The notes under the pieces were generated by a model. The model saw nothing but the letters and a program-made list of their open reading frames with translations, was not told the origin of the DNA and searched no databases. A DNA stretch of 61,925 bases, the filler included, from Coriobacteriales bacterium (GTDB taxonomy: Bacteria; Actinomycetota; Coriobacteriia; Coriobacteriales; UBA8131), in NCBI GenBank assembly GCA_031263105.1. It is 5 parts of 5 records of this genome, joined end to end, with 100 filler letters (N's around TTAATTAATTAA, not from the genome) between each part and the next. Parts side by side here need not be neighbours in the genome. Positions count along the whole stretch, not along the records: positions 19,182 to 23,900 come from JAISGJ010000241.1; positions 24,001 to 48,103 come from JAISGJ010000228.1; 3 more parts are not named here. One strand, given 5' to 3'. A program made the translations under genes and the position numbers. Below are positions 20,874 to 37,756 of the stretch, piece after piece (the first letter of the stretch is position 1; every line of letters begins with the position of its first letter).

Positions 20874-21016
20874 AGGCATTTTGATCCTCTCCCCATGCAG
20901 CCGATGAGTGGGCCGGCTGCGGTGTTCTCAATATAAGGCCCGGCCTGACACAAAGGCTCGGCTTGCCAAGAGGTCTCGATCACTATGCCGGATGTCCCTG
21001 TCCGGCTTCTTTTTTT
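20874..21016 (+). ncRNA. Candidate structured RNA (sRNA, 6S-like RNA or attenuator leader) upstream of rny
   Basis: Long irregular hairpin GGCAU/AUGCC, UGAUC/GAUCA, CUCU/AGAG, GCCGA/UCGGC, GGCCGG/CCGGCC, followed by a terminator; has its own promoter. Confidence 0.5.
20987..21016 (+). terminator. Intrinsic terminator
   Basis: GCCGGA-tgtccctg-TCCGGC followed by TTCTTTTTTT. Confidence 0.7.
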
Positions 21017-21085
21017 GGGCAGGCATCCTGAACAAGACATGGGACTGTATACATGGTATACGTGGTTTATCGAAGGGAGAGCCGG

Positions 21086-22660
21086 ATGGATCCGATCGTT
21101 GTCGTCATCCTCGTTGTCGCTGCTCTGGCAGTAGGCGCCGCACTGGGCTTCGTGGTCACCCGTTTCGTGCTCAGCACGAACGCCAAGAACGCCATTGCCG
21201 GCGCGGAACGCACCGTCAAGGATGCCATGGCCAGCGCGGAGCGCACCGTCAAGGATGCGGAAAAGCAGGCGGAGACCTTGAAGCGCGAGGCGCTTGTCGA
21301 GGCGAAGGATGCGGCCTACCACATCAAGCAGGAGGCCGACCAGGAGGCCGCCGAGGGCCGCAAGGAGATCAAGTCGCTGGAGAACCGCCTTCTGCAGCGG
21401 GAGGAGGGCCTTGACAAACGGGTCGCCTCCCTCGATGCCCGCGAGCACCAGCTCTCCTCGATGAGCGGCCAGCTGGAGCGCAAGCAGAAGGACCTCGACG
21501 AGGCGCTTGCCTCCGCGCAGGACGACTTGGAGCGCATCGCACAGATGACCCCCGACGATGCGCGCAAGGCGCTGCTCGACCGGGTGCGCGACGAGGTCAC
21601 GCGGGAGGCCGCGGTGATCATACGGGACTCCGAGCAGCAGACGCGCAACGAGGCCGACAAGAAGGCCCGCGAGATCTTGAGCCTCGCCATCCAGCGCGTG
21701 GCGGCCGACCACACCTCGGAGCATACGGTCTCGTCGGTGAACATCCCCTCGGACGACCTCAAGGGCCGCATCATCGGGCGCGAAGGGCGCAACATCCGCA
21801 CCTTCGAGCAGATAACCGGCATCAACCTCATCATCGACGACACGCCCGAGGTCGTCATCATCTCGAGCTTCGACCCCGTGCGCCGCGAGATCGGGCGCAT
21901 CACGCTGGAGAACCTCATCGCCGACGGACGCATCCATCCCGCCCGCATCGAGGACATGTTCAACAAGGCGACCGACCTCGTCATGCAGCAGGTGCAGGAG
22001 GCGGGCAACCAGGCCGCGTTCGACACGGGCATCCACGACCTCCATCCCGAGCTCGTCAAGACCCTCGGGCGCCTGAAGTTTCGGACCTCCTATGGGCAGA
22101 ACGTCCTGGACCACTCGCTCGAGGTCGCCTACCTCGCCGGCGTCATGGCGTCGGAGCTGGGCCTCGATCCCACCCTCGCCAAACGCGCGGGACTCCTCCA
22201 CGACCTCGGCAAGGCCATCGACCACGAGGTGGAGGGCTCGCATGCCGTCATCGGCGCCGACCTCGCGCGCCGCTTCGGCGAGATCCCCGAGGTCGTGCAC
22301 GCGATAGAGGCGCACCATGGCGACGTCGAGCCCTCGACGGTCGTCGCGGTGCTCATTCAGGCGGCGGACGCCATCTCGGCAGCACGGCCGGGCGCGCGCC
22401 GGGAGACCATCGAGAGCTACATCAAGCGCCTTGAGAAGCTCGAGTCGATAGCCAACGCCCATAAGGGCGTCGAGAAGACCTATGCCATGCAGGCGGGCCG
22501 CGAGGTGCGCGTCATGGTGGAGCCGGATGCCATATCGGACTCCGAGGCCGTGGTGCTTGCGCACGAGATCGCCCGGCAGATCGAGGACGAGATGCAGTAC
22601 CCGGGCCAGATCAAGGTCCTTGTCATCCGCGAGAGCCGTTCGGTCGGGTACGCGAAGTAG
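21086..22660 (+). CDS. rny: Ribonuclease Y
   Basis: N-terminal TM helix, coiled coil, KH domain ([13 protein letters not shown]), HD domain (LLHDLGKA), [12 protein letters not shown]. Confidence 0.97.
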   Translation: MDPIVVVILVVAALAVGAALGFVVTRFVLSTNAKNAIAGAERTVKDAMASAERTVKDAEKQAETLKREALVEAKDAAYHIKQEADQEAAEGRKEIKSLENRLLQREEGLDKRVASLDAREHQLSSMSGQLERKQKDLDEALASAQDDLERIAQMTPDDARKALLDRVRDEVTREAAVIIRDSEQQTRNEADKKAREILSLAIQRVAADHTSEHTVSSVNIPSDDLKGRIIGREGRNIRTFEQITGINLIIDDTPEVVIISSFDPVRREIGRITLENLIADGRIHPARIEDMFNKATDLVMQQVQEAGNQAAFDTGIHDLHPELVKTLGRLKFRTSYGQNVLDHSLEVAYLAGVMASELGLDPTLAKRAGLLHDLGKAIDHEVEGSHAVIGADLARRFGEIPEVVHAIEAHHGDVEPSTVVAVLIQAADAISAARPGARRETIESYIKRLEKLESIANAHKGVEKTYAMQAGREVRVMVEPDAISDSEAVVLAHEIARQIEDEMQYPGQIKVLVIRESRSVGYAK

Positions 22661-22790
22661 CGCACCCCGAGGAGCGGCGGGACGTGCGCGCGCAGGGCGC
22701 AGGGCGGCGGACGAGCAGGCGTGCGAGCAGGGCGGCGGACGAGCAGGGCGCAGGGCGGCGGACACGAACGACCCGAAGGATCAGCGTAGC

Positions 22791-23858
22791 ATGGCCGACG
22801 ACAGGCTCATAGACTTCATCGAACAGGTCTCCGGCGGCTCGCACCTCCGTGTGGAGGAGGACCTGGGAGGCGGCTTCGTGCGCCTCCGGAGCGAGGAGGC
22901 GGAGCGCCGCCAGGCCAAGCACGACATCCGCCAGGTCGAGGACATCGTCATCGAGCTGCTGCGCAACGCGCGCGACGCGAAGGCAGCCTCCGTCTATCTC
23001 GCCACGACCAAAGAGGGCGACGTGCGCACCCTCACCGTCCTCGACGACGGCGAGGGCATCCCGCCCGAGCTCCATGGGCCCGTCTTCGAGCCGCGTGTCA
23101 CCTCGAAGCTCGAGACCATGCTCGAGGACGAGTGGGGCGTCCACGGCCGAGGCATGGCGCTGTTCTCCATCAAGAGCAACACGACGCGGGCCTACGTGGC
23201 CTTCTCCGGCGTAGGGCTGGGCAGCGCGTTCGCCATCGAGGCGGACACCGCCCTGCTCCCCGAGAAGACCGACCAGTCGACCTTTCCCACGGTGGCGAGG
23301 GACGAGGACGGGGCGCTTGTGGTCGTCAGGGGCCCCCACAACATCCTGCGCTCGGCGCTCGAGTTCGCGCTCGCCTACCGCAGGGCGCCGAACGTCTACC
23401 TCGGGTCGCCCTCGGCAATCGCTGCAACGCTGCTGGAGCATGGGCAACGGCGCCTGACGAACGACGAGCTGCTGTTCTGCGACGACGTGAGCACCTTGCC
23501 CATCAGCCAACGGCTTGCGATGAGCGCCGATGCCGCCGACCTCATGGGCAACTGCGCACAGGTGGGGCTCGACATCTCGGAGCGCACGGCCCATCGCATC
23601 CTCGGCGGCCAGATCGCCCCGCTTGCCTCGCTCTGCGAGATGGCGAGAGGGGAGGGGCGCCAGGTGCGCGCCGCCGACCTCACGAAGGACAGCCGTGGCC
23701 TGAAGCTCGCCAAGGACGACGTCGAGGCCTTCGCCCGCGAGATGGAGGGCGCCTTCGAGCTGCTTGCCGAGCGCTACTACCTCTCGCTGACCGCCGTCCC
23801 CCGCGTCACCGTGAAGGGGGACACGATAACCGTCCGCTTCCCTATCGAGAAGGACTAG
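22791..23858 (+). CDS. GHKL (HATPase_c) ATP-binding protein, similar to the MutL N-terminal domain; function unknown
   Basis: ELLRNARDA, DDGEGIP, VTSKL, GVHGRGMALFSI motifs; no H-box or receiver domain. Confidence 0.75.
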   Translation: MADDRLIDFIEQVSGGSHLRVEEDLGGGFVRLRSEEAERRQAKHDIRQVEDIVIELLRNARDAKAASVYLATTKEGDVRTLTVLDDGEGIPPELHGPVFEPRVTSKLETMLEDEWGVHGRGMALFSIKSNTTRAYVAFSGVGLGSAFAIEADTALLPEKTDQSTFPTVARDEDGALVVVRGPHNILRSALEFALAYRRAPNVYLGSPSAIAATLLEHGQRRLTNDELLFCDDVSTLPISQRLAMSADAADLMGNCAQVGLDISERTAHRILGGQIAPLASLCEMARGEGRQVRAADLTKDSRGLKLAKDDVEAFAREMEGAFELLAERYYLSLTAVPRVTVKGDTITVRFPIEKD

Positions 23859-23900
23859 CATGCAGGGGACGACCCACCCCACCCTCGCCCACCCCACCCC

Positions 23901-24000
23901 NNNNNNNNNNNNNNNNNNNNNNNNNNNNNNNNNNNNNNNNNNNNTTAATTAATTAANNNNNNNNNNNNNNNNNNNNNNNNNNNNNNNNNNNNNNNNNNNN
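23901..24000. other. Artificial contig-join spacer
   Basis: N run containing TTAATTAATTAA. Confidence 0.98.
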
Positions 24001-24118
24001 GCGCGATCAGACATGCTGAGATGTACCAGGTCATACTTTGGTTTCATTGATACCACTCCTCTCATTGTAGATGACAGGAGTGATTATATCATTGATTTTA
24101 GATGAATCAAACTACTAG
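24001..24118 (-). mobile_element. Probable end of an AT-rich inserted element (IS-like) with the start of a truncated ORF (ATG 24047, MKPKYDLVHLSMSDR...)
   Basis: Sharp GC drop; TTGATT-16 bp-TATAAT promoter; AGGAG RBS inside a hairpin; lies at the contig end. Confidence 0.4.
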
Positions 24119-24194
24119 GAGGCGCCCCCTTCTTTTCCGCATACTCCTTCGCGTCACCGCCGATGACCTGCCGGCCATCGGCGGAGGCACCTGC

Positions 24195-32281
<8,087 letters not shown>

Positions 32282-32377
32282 AGGGGATTCCTCCTTCAGG
32301 ATAGGAAAGAGCCGTCAATAGTCGCAACCTTAAATAGTAGCGTTCTTTTTGCAGCTCGTCAAGAGGGAACTTTGCCC

Positions 32378-32414
32378 GTTCGCGGCCTGTTCGCGGCCTG
32401 TTCGCGGCCTGTTC
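32378..32414. repeat. Tandem 11-bp repeat (GTTCGCGGCCT) x3
   Basis: Read directly, upstream of rpoB. Confidence 0.8.
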
Positions 32415-32448
32415 GCTGCCCGTTCGCGTCCCGTTGCCAAGGTGCGGC

Positions 32449-32618
32449 GTTACTGTTCACGCCCCACTGTCATTCTGAGCGAAGCGCCCGCAAGGGCGCG
32501 CAGCGTGAGAATCCTTGGACACGCAGTGTCCAACTGGCCCGGTCGGGCGCTGACGCGCCCAAAGATTCCTCGGCTTCGCTTCGCTGCGCTCGGAATGACA
32601 GTGGGCGTGAACAGTAAC
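32449..32618. mobile_element. MITE family copy 3 (best-preserved inverted repeats)
   Basis: GTTACTGTTCACGCCCCACTGTCATTCTGAGCG...CGCTCGGAATGACAGTGGGCGTGAACAGTAAC; 8-bp direct repeat GGTGCGGC at 32441-32448 and 32619-32626. Confidence 0.85.
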
Positions 32619-32746
32619 GGTGCGGCGGCGGGTCGCGGCGGTGCCGGGGCCTTGGATTGCCGAGGGGCGGGAAGTCTGCTACAATCCATCAGTTCGTCAA
32701 AGCCCCACTGCGACGGATGCCGAAGGATGCCGAAAGGAACTGATAC

Positions 32747-33010
32747 GTGGCTAATATCAAGAGTCAGAAGAAGCGCAACAGGACGAACGAGAAGGCACGC
32801 CTGCGCAACCGCGCGATAAGGAGCGAGCTCAAGACCGCGACCCGTGCGGTCCATGACGCCGTTGCTGCAGGGGATGCCGAGCTTGCCCAGGCCAAGGCAC
32901 GGGCAGCGAACCGCCTGCTCGACAAGGCGGCCTCCAAGGGCGTCATCCACAAGAACCAGGCTGCGAACCGGAAGTCCGGCGTGGCCAAGCTTGCAGGCTC
33001 CGTCACATAG
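32747..33010 (+). CDS. rpsT: 30S ribosomal protein S20
   Basis: [23 protein letters not shown]. Confidence 0.97.
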   Translation: MANIKSQKKRNRTNEKARLRNRAIRSELKTATRAVHDAVAAGDAELAQAKARAANRLLDKAASKGVIHKNQAANRKSGVAKLAGSVT

Positions 33011-33020
33011 CAACGCCACA

Positions 33021-33111
33021 CCCTGCGGGCGTGGCGGGACATCGCGGGGTTCCACTCGCTTGACGAAACAGAGGACAGGCGCCGCCGCCCTGCGGGCGTG
33101 GCGGGACATCG
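33021..33111. repeat. Two copies of a 24-bp hairpin-forming repeat between the convergent rpsT and holA
   Basis: CCCTGCGGGCGTGGCGGGACATCG at 33021-33044 and 33088-33111. Confidence 0.75.
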
Positions 33112-33124
33112 GGGACGCCGCTGC

Positions 33125-34096
33125 CTACGACTGCGTGCAGGCCTCGATGAGCCAAAGCCTCAGGAGCCGGTCGGCATCGGCGCCCGACTTCATCCGCATC
33201 TCGATTTCCGGCGCTCGGCAGAGCAGGGCCACGAGCTCGTCTGCACGGTAGCGTGTCGTCGCCTTCATGATTTCCCTGAGCTGCCACTCCTGCTTGCCCA
33301 TCGACGCGGCGACGGGAAGGCCCCGCTGCGTGAGCGACATCGCAGTGAGCACCTCCCGCAGCCTCGTCACGCACTGGACGAACAGGCCGATCGCCGAGGC
33401 GCTGCCCATCCTGTCTGCGAGCCTGAGGCAGAGCGAGGCGTCGCGCCGCGCCAGCGCATCGGTCAGGTCCCAGGGCTTCGGCTCCACGAGCCGCGCGACG
33501 TTGCGCGTGACGTCGCCCTCCTCTATCCTCGATGCGCCCACCGCCTTCGTGAGGGCGGCCAGTTTCCGAACCTCGGTGTCAAGGGCGACCGTAGAGGTGC
33601 CGATGCGCTCGACGAGCAGGTTGGCCGCACCGACCGTGATGTCGCTGCCCTCGCCGCGTGCCATGCCCCGTATCAGGGCCGGCAGCTCGAAGGCCTTCTT
33701 GGAACTGCAGTCGACAAGGGACTGCCGGTCGTAGGCGAGGACGGCCTTGTGCAGGCGGGTGTTCGCGGAGAGCTTCCTGGCGACGAGTGCCAGCACCGTG
33801 GTGGGGGCAGGGTCCGCAGCGTAGCCGACGAGCGCCTCCTGCAGGGCCTTGGGCAGCGCATCGGCCTCCTTGACGACGACCAGGCGCACAGGAGAGCCGA
33901 AGGGGACCGTGTTCAGCGTGCTGAGCAGCCAGGCCGCATCGGGGATGTCCTTCGCGGAGAGGGTCTGCGAGTTCATCGCAAGGTCGCCCTCGTCCGCGAT
34001 GCGCTGCCGCAGGCGCGCAAGGAGCTTCTCCTGCTTGAGGCTGTCGTCCCCGTTCAGGAGATAGAGCGCCAAGAGTGGTTTTTTCGATGCCGCCAT
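33125..34096 (-). CDS. holA: DNA polymerase III delta subunit
   Basis: LYLLNGDD, TVPFGSPVRLVVV, MKSG; comEC-holA-rpsT synteny. Confidence 0.9.
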   Translation of the reverse strand: MAASKKPLLALYLLNGDDSLKQEKLLARLRQRIADEGDLAMNSQTLSAKDIPDAAWLLSTLNTVPFGSPVRLVVVKEADALPKALQEALVGYAADPAPTTVLALVARKLSANTRLHKAVLAYDRQSLVDCSSKKAFELPALIRGMARGEGSDITVGAANLLVERIGTSTVALDTEVRKLAALTKAVGASRIEEGDVTRNVARLVEPKPWDLTDALARRDASLCLRLADRMGSASAIGLFVQCVTRLREVLTAMSLTQRGLPVAASMGKQEWQLREIMKATTRYRADELVALLCRAPEIEMRMKSGADADRLLRLWLIEACTQS

Positions 34097-34123
34097 GCCG
34101 ACCTTCCGCTGTCCGGTGCCGCG

Positions 34124-36718
34124 TCATGCGGCATCGTCCATGGTATCACAGCGCACCCTCACGCCTCCCCTCTCGAACCACAGGACGATGTCGCCGTTGA
34201 GGTCGGTGCGATAGACGGCCGCACCGGACTGCTCGAGAAGCGAGAGGGTCTCCGGCGTGGGGTGGTTGTAGCGGTTGTCCTCCCCCACGCTGATGAGGGC
34301 AAGCCGACAGCCCATCCGTTCGAGCTGCGCCGCGCTGACGGCGCCCTTGCTTCCGTGGTGGCCGACCTTGAGGACGTCGAAGCGGGCATCGGCCGCTCTC
34401 GCAAGCAGGGGGTCCAGCTGGGGGGACTCGGCGTCGCCGGTCAGGAGCGCCCGCACCTCCGTCCGGCCGTCACCGTCGGAATCGAAGCCGAGCGCCAGGC
34501 AGACGCTCTCCTCGTTGCCGCCCTCGCGTGCGGGGCGCTCGGGCCACAGCACGGTGAGCCCGATGCCTCCGAGGTCGAGCACGTCGCCCCACGCAAGCTC
34601 CCCTAGGCCCTCCTCCCCGCACAGGCGCTGCGCAACCTGGACCGCCTCGTCCGACGCCTGCGCCTCGGGCAGGCCGGCGGCAAAGTACACCTGGCCGACG
34701 GGAACGGTGCCGCTGAGGGCGTCAAGTGCGCCGCAGTGGTCCGTGTCGAGATGCGTGACGACGACCGCATCGAGGCGGCCGACCCGCTGGCGCGCCAGGG
34801 CCCGCAGCAGCGCCGCGTCGCTTGGGCCGGTGTCTATCAGGATGTTCCTCCTCCCCTCGCGTATGAGCAGCGCATCGCCCTGGCCGACGTCGAGCATCAC
34901 CATCTGGGGCCGGACGGGCAGGAAGCCTGCCGAGAACAGGAGCAGCGCGACGAGCGCGAGCGACCCCAGGGCGATACGGGAGCGGCGGGCCGAGGGCTGC
35001 GGCCACAGCCGGTAGAGGAGCACTGCGCCCAACAGGGCGCAGACGTTGGCGGCGACGAGGCCGACCGAGACGGGCAGGCAGGCATAGGGCAGCTGCGCGC
35101 ACCGGGAGGCGAGGCCTATCGAGAGCTCGGCTATGGCGCACAGGGCCGCAAGCAGCACAGGGCCGAGCGGGCCGAGCAGCGGCATGGCGCACAGGACGAC
35201 GATGCCGCCGGCGACGAGCACCGTCACGAACGGGGTGACGAGCAGGTTCGCAAAGGGGCTGACCACGGAGATGGTCGCGAACAGCGGCGCGGTGAGCGGC
35301 AGGGTCGCCGCCTGGGCGGTCACCGTGAGCGCAAGGGGCTCGCCGAGCGCCCGCCCCGCCATCCGCCCGAGGCGCGGCGGCGTCCGTCGCCACAGACCCG
35401 TGCCGGTCCGGTGCCGCAGGACGCGTGCCAGCCGTCGGGGGAGGGCGCGCGCCAGCCAGCGCTCCAGCCGACGTGGGGCGCCCGTTGCGGCCTGCGGCCC
35501 AGGGCCTGCGGCCCCCTCCCTTCCTGCCCGTGGCCCCACAAGGCACTTCAGGTAGCCCGCGACGAGCGGGGAGAAGAGGGTGAGCCCGAACACCGCATAG
35601 ACCGAGAGCCAGAAACCGACGGAGAAGGCCGTCGGAGGATACAGCAGCACCATGCCGGCGGCCGCTGCCGCAAGCGCCGAAGGGGCATGCCCGCGCCGTC
35701 CGACGAAGCCTGCCAGGCTTGCTATGAGGGTCATCACACAGGCGCGTATCGCCGAGGGCTGCAGGCCGGTGAGCAAGACATAGCCTACCAGAAGCAGGCT
35801 CACCAGCACGGCCTCGACCGAACGCCTTGCGCCCAGGCGCCTGAGGATCCACAGTATCAGCAGGGCGATGACGACGAGATGGCTGCCGGAGACGGCTATC
35901 AGATGGGAGAGGCCCGTCACCTTGAAGGCCCGGTCGGCCTCGGCGGCATCGAGCGCGGTCGTGTCGCCGAGCAGGACCCCACGGAGCAATGCGGAGCCCT
36001 CCCCCTCATATGCGGCGATCAGGCGGCGGTTATGCTCCCTGAACCCATGGACAAGGCCGAGCGGCGAACGGGGGAACCCCCGGTCCTGCCGGCCCTCAAG
36101 GGTGACGGAGCCGAAGACGCCCTTTTGGTGGAGGAACGCCTGCGTCGGCTCCAAGGGCCTATACGTGACCCGTGCCACGAGCTGCGTCCCGAGGGCGGGG
36201 ACGTCCTGTCCGTCGTCCCAGAAGACGCGGACCTTCGTGCGCCCTGCCCCTGCGACCTCAAGGACGGCAAGCGACGTGGGGGAGACCGCCCCCTGCCTGG
36301 GGTCCTCGACGACGACGAGCGTATGGAGGGCGTCGGGGGCCTCCGCTATCGCTGCGGCGACATCCCGTGCCCCGGCCTCCTCGGCGACCCAGAAGGCCGT
36401 GCCGAAGGAGAGGCCGCAGACGATGCCGACGGCCAGGGCGAGCAGCGCACGGATGCGGCGGAGGCGCCGAAGGCGCACAAGGGCAGACAGCCCCCCGAGC
36501 AAAAGGAGCAGCCCCAGCGCGAGCACCGCCCCGAACGGAGGCCGCACGCCGCTGAACGTAAGGTGCTCGGCACAGGACAGGCCGAGCCACAGGCCGCCCA
36601 AAGGGAGCAGGAGCAGGGGGAGGGCCGGCCTGACGACCCTCGCACCCCGGCTTCCGCCTGCCCCTGGGTCAAAGGGCGGTCCGGGGCCGGGGGCCTCGTC
36701 CCGACCGGCATCCGCCAT
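34124..36718 (-). CDS. comEC: DNA uptake protein ComEC/Rec2
   Basis: GLSHLIAVSGSH, PSAIRA; MBL domain DVGQGDA, THLDTDH, KVGHHGS, YRTD. Confidence 0.93.
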   Translation of the reverse strand: MADAGRDEAPGPGPPFDPGAGGSRGARVVRPALPLLLLPLGGLWLGLSCAEHLTFSGVRPPFGAVLALGLLLLLGGLSALVRLRRLRRIRALLALAVGIVCGLSFGTAFWVAEEAGARDVAAAIAEAPDALHTLVVVEDPRQGAVSPTSLAVLEVAGAGRTKVRVFWDDGQDVPALGTQLVARVTYRPLEPTQAFLHQKGVFGSVTLEGRQDRGFPRSPLGLVHGFREHNRRLIAAYEGEGSALLRGVLLGDTTALDAAEADRAFKVTGLSHLIAVSGSHLVVIALLILWILRRLGARRSVEAVLVSLLLVGYVLLTGLQPSAIRACVMTLIASLAGFVGRRGHAPSALAAAAAGMVLLYPPTAFSVGFWLSVYAVFGLTLFSPLVAGYLKCLVGPRAGREGAAGPGPQAATGAPRRLERWLARALPRRLARVLRHRTGTGLWRRTPPRLGRMAGRALGEPLALTVTAQAATLPLTAPLFATISVVSPFANLLVTPFVTVLVAGGIVVLCAMPLLGPLGPVLLAALCAIAELSIGLASRCAQLPYACLPVSVGLVAANVCALLGAVLLYRLWPQPSARRSRIALGSLALVALLLFSAGFLPVRPQMVMLDVGQGDALLIREGRRNILIDTGPSDAALLRALARQRVGRLDAVVVTHLDTDHCGALDALSGTVPVGQVYFAAGLPEAQASDEAVQVAQRLCGEEGLGELAWGDVLDLGGIGLTVLWPERPAREGGNEESVCLALGFDSDGDGRTEVRALLTGDAESPQLDPLLARAADARFDVLKVGHHGSKGAVSAAQLERMGCRLALISVGEDNRYNHPTPETLSLLEQSGAAVYRTDLNGDIVLWFERGGVRVRCDTMDDAA

Positions 36719-37575
36719 CAGACACAGACCTTGCCCGCAAGCTCCTCGTACTTCTTCTCGCCTATGCCCGAGACGTCCTTAAGGCCCTCGATGCTTGCAA
36801 ACGCGCCGTTCTTCTCGCGGTGGTCGATGATGCGCTTCGCGGTGGCCGGGCCTATCCCCGGCAAGGACTCGAGCGCGGCGCTGTCGGCCGTATTGATGTT
36901 GACGAGGCTGCCGCCTTGGGCCTCCGGGGCGTCCTGGCCCTCCGCCTGGCCCTGCGGCAGCGGGTCTCCCGAGGAGGCGCCTGCCGCTATGAGGGTCGCC
37001 TCGCCCGACTCGACCTGCGCAAGGTCGGGGATGTGGACATGCTGCCCGTCCTGCAGGGGCGCGGCAAGGTTGACGTAGTTCGCCGCCGCATCCTGGGAAA
37101 GGCCGCCTGCGTCCTTGACGGCATCGTTGATGCGCGCGCCCTGTCCCACCACATAGACCCCCGGCTCGGCGACGGCACCCGTGACATAGACGGTAAGCTC
37201 CTCCGCCGCAGCCTTCGCCGCCGATGCCGCCTCCCCTCCCCCTGCCCCCTGCACTGCCGCATCCCCCGCCTGCGCCGTCGCCCCCAGGCCCCCCTGCGCC
37301 GACCCGAGGGCACCCTCCGGCCTGCCCGGCAGGCCCGCGAGGGCGCCTGCCTGCCCGTCGGGGGCGCCGCCTTCGGGCGTCGCGGCAGGAGACTCCTGCG
37401 CAGAGGCCACCACAAGGCCCTCCTCGCCCTGCCTCGGCCAGAACGTGAAGGCGGCGAGCGCCGCCGCTATCCCCAAGGCCCCTATGACGAGCAGCTTGAG
37501 GCGCGACCGCCTCCGTTCGCCCCCGTTGCCCCTCCAACGCGTCGCCTCGTCGGTGTAGTCCGTGCATCCCTTCAT
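36718..37575 (-). CDS. comEA: ComEA-family DNA-binding protein (TM, SLBB, HhH)
   Basis: VYVTGAVAEPGVY, VNLAAPLQDG, VNINTAD...LPGIGP...VSGIG. Confidence 0.92.
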   Translation of the reverse strand: MKGCTDYTDEATRWRGNGGERRRSRLKLLVIGALGIAAALAAFTFWPRQGEEGLVVASAQESPAATPEGGAPDGQAGALAGLPGRPEGALGSAQGGLGATAQAGDAAVQGAGGGEAASAAKAAAEELTVYVTGAVAEPGVYVVGQGARINDAVKDAGGLSQDAAANYVNLAAPLQDGQHVHIPDLAQVESGEATLIAAGASSGDPLPQGQAEGQDAPEAQGGSLVNINTADSAALESLPGIGPATAKRIIDHREKNGAFASIEGLKDVSGIGEKKYEELAGKVCV

Positions 37576-37756
37576 GGCTGCTCCCTGCGGTCGGCTTCCC
37601 TACGGATGCCTCCATGGTAGCAGGCGGCCCTGACCCGCCACCCTGCGTTCGATGACCGGGAGCCGACCCAAAGCCGACCCAGAGCCGACCCAATCCTGCC
37701 ACCGTGTGGCAGGATCCATATGACGGAACATCTAAAGAAGGGGGGGGGGGGGGGGG

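Noticed and set aside
22690..22765. GCAGGGCGGCGGAC x3 between rny and the GHKL gene as a mini-CRISPR
   Set aside because: The repeats are 14 bp with 9-14 bp intervals made of the same motif, which fits slippage duplication
37658..37712. Three 11-bp repeats and a hairpin upstream of comEA as a competence-regulator site
   Set aside because: Similar short tandem duplications occur throughout this genome's intergenic DNA, so there is no specific support
37740..37756. G homopolymer (also at 19182-19200, 47978-47991, 58214-58237 and about 59166-59182) as a phase-variation or G-quadruplex switch
   Set aside because: The tracts are intergenic and outside recognisable promoter spacers; several lie near contig ends, where homopolymer length is unreliable
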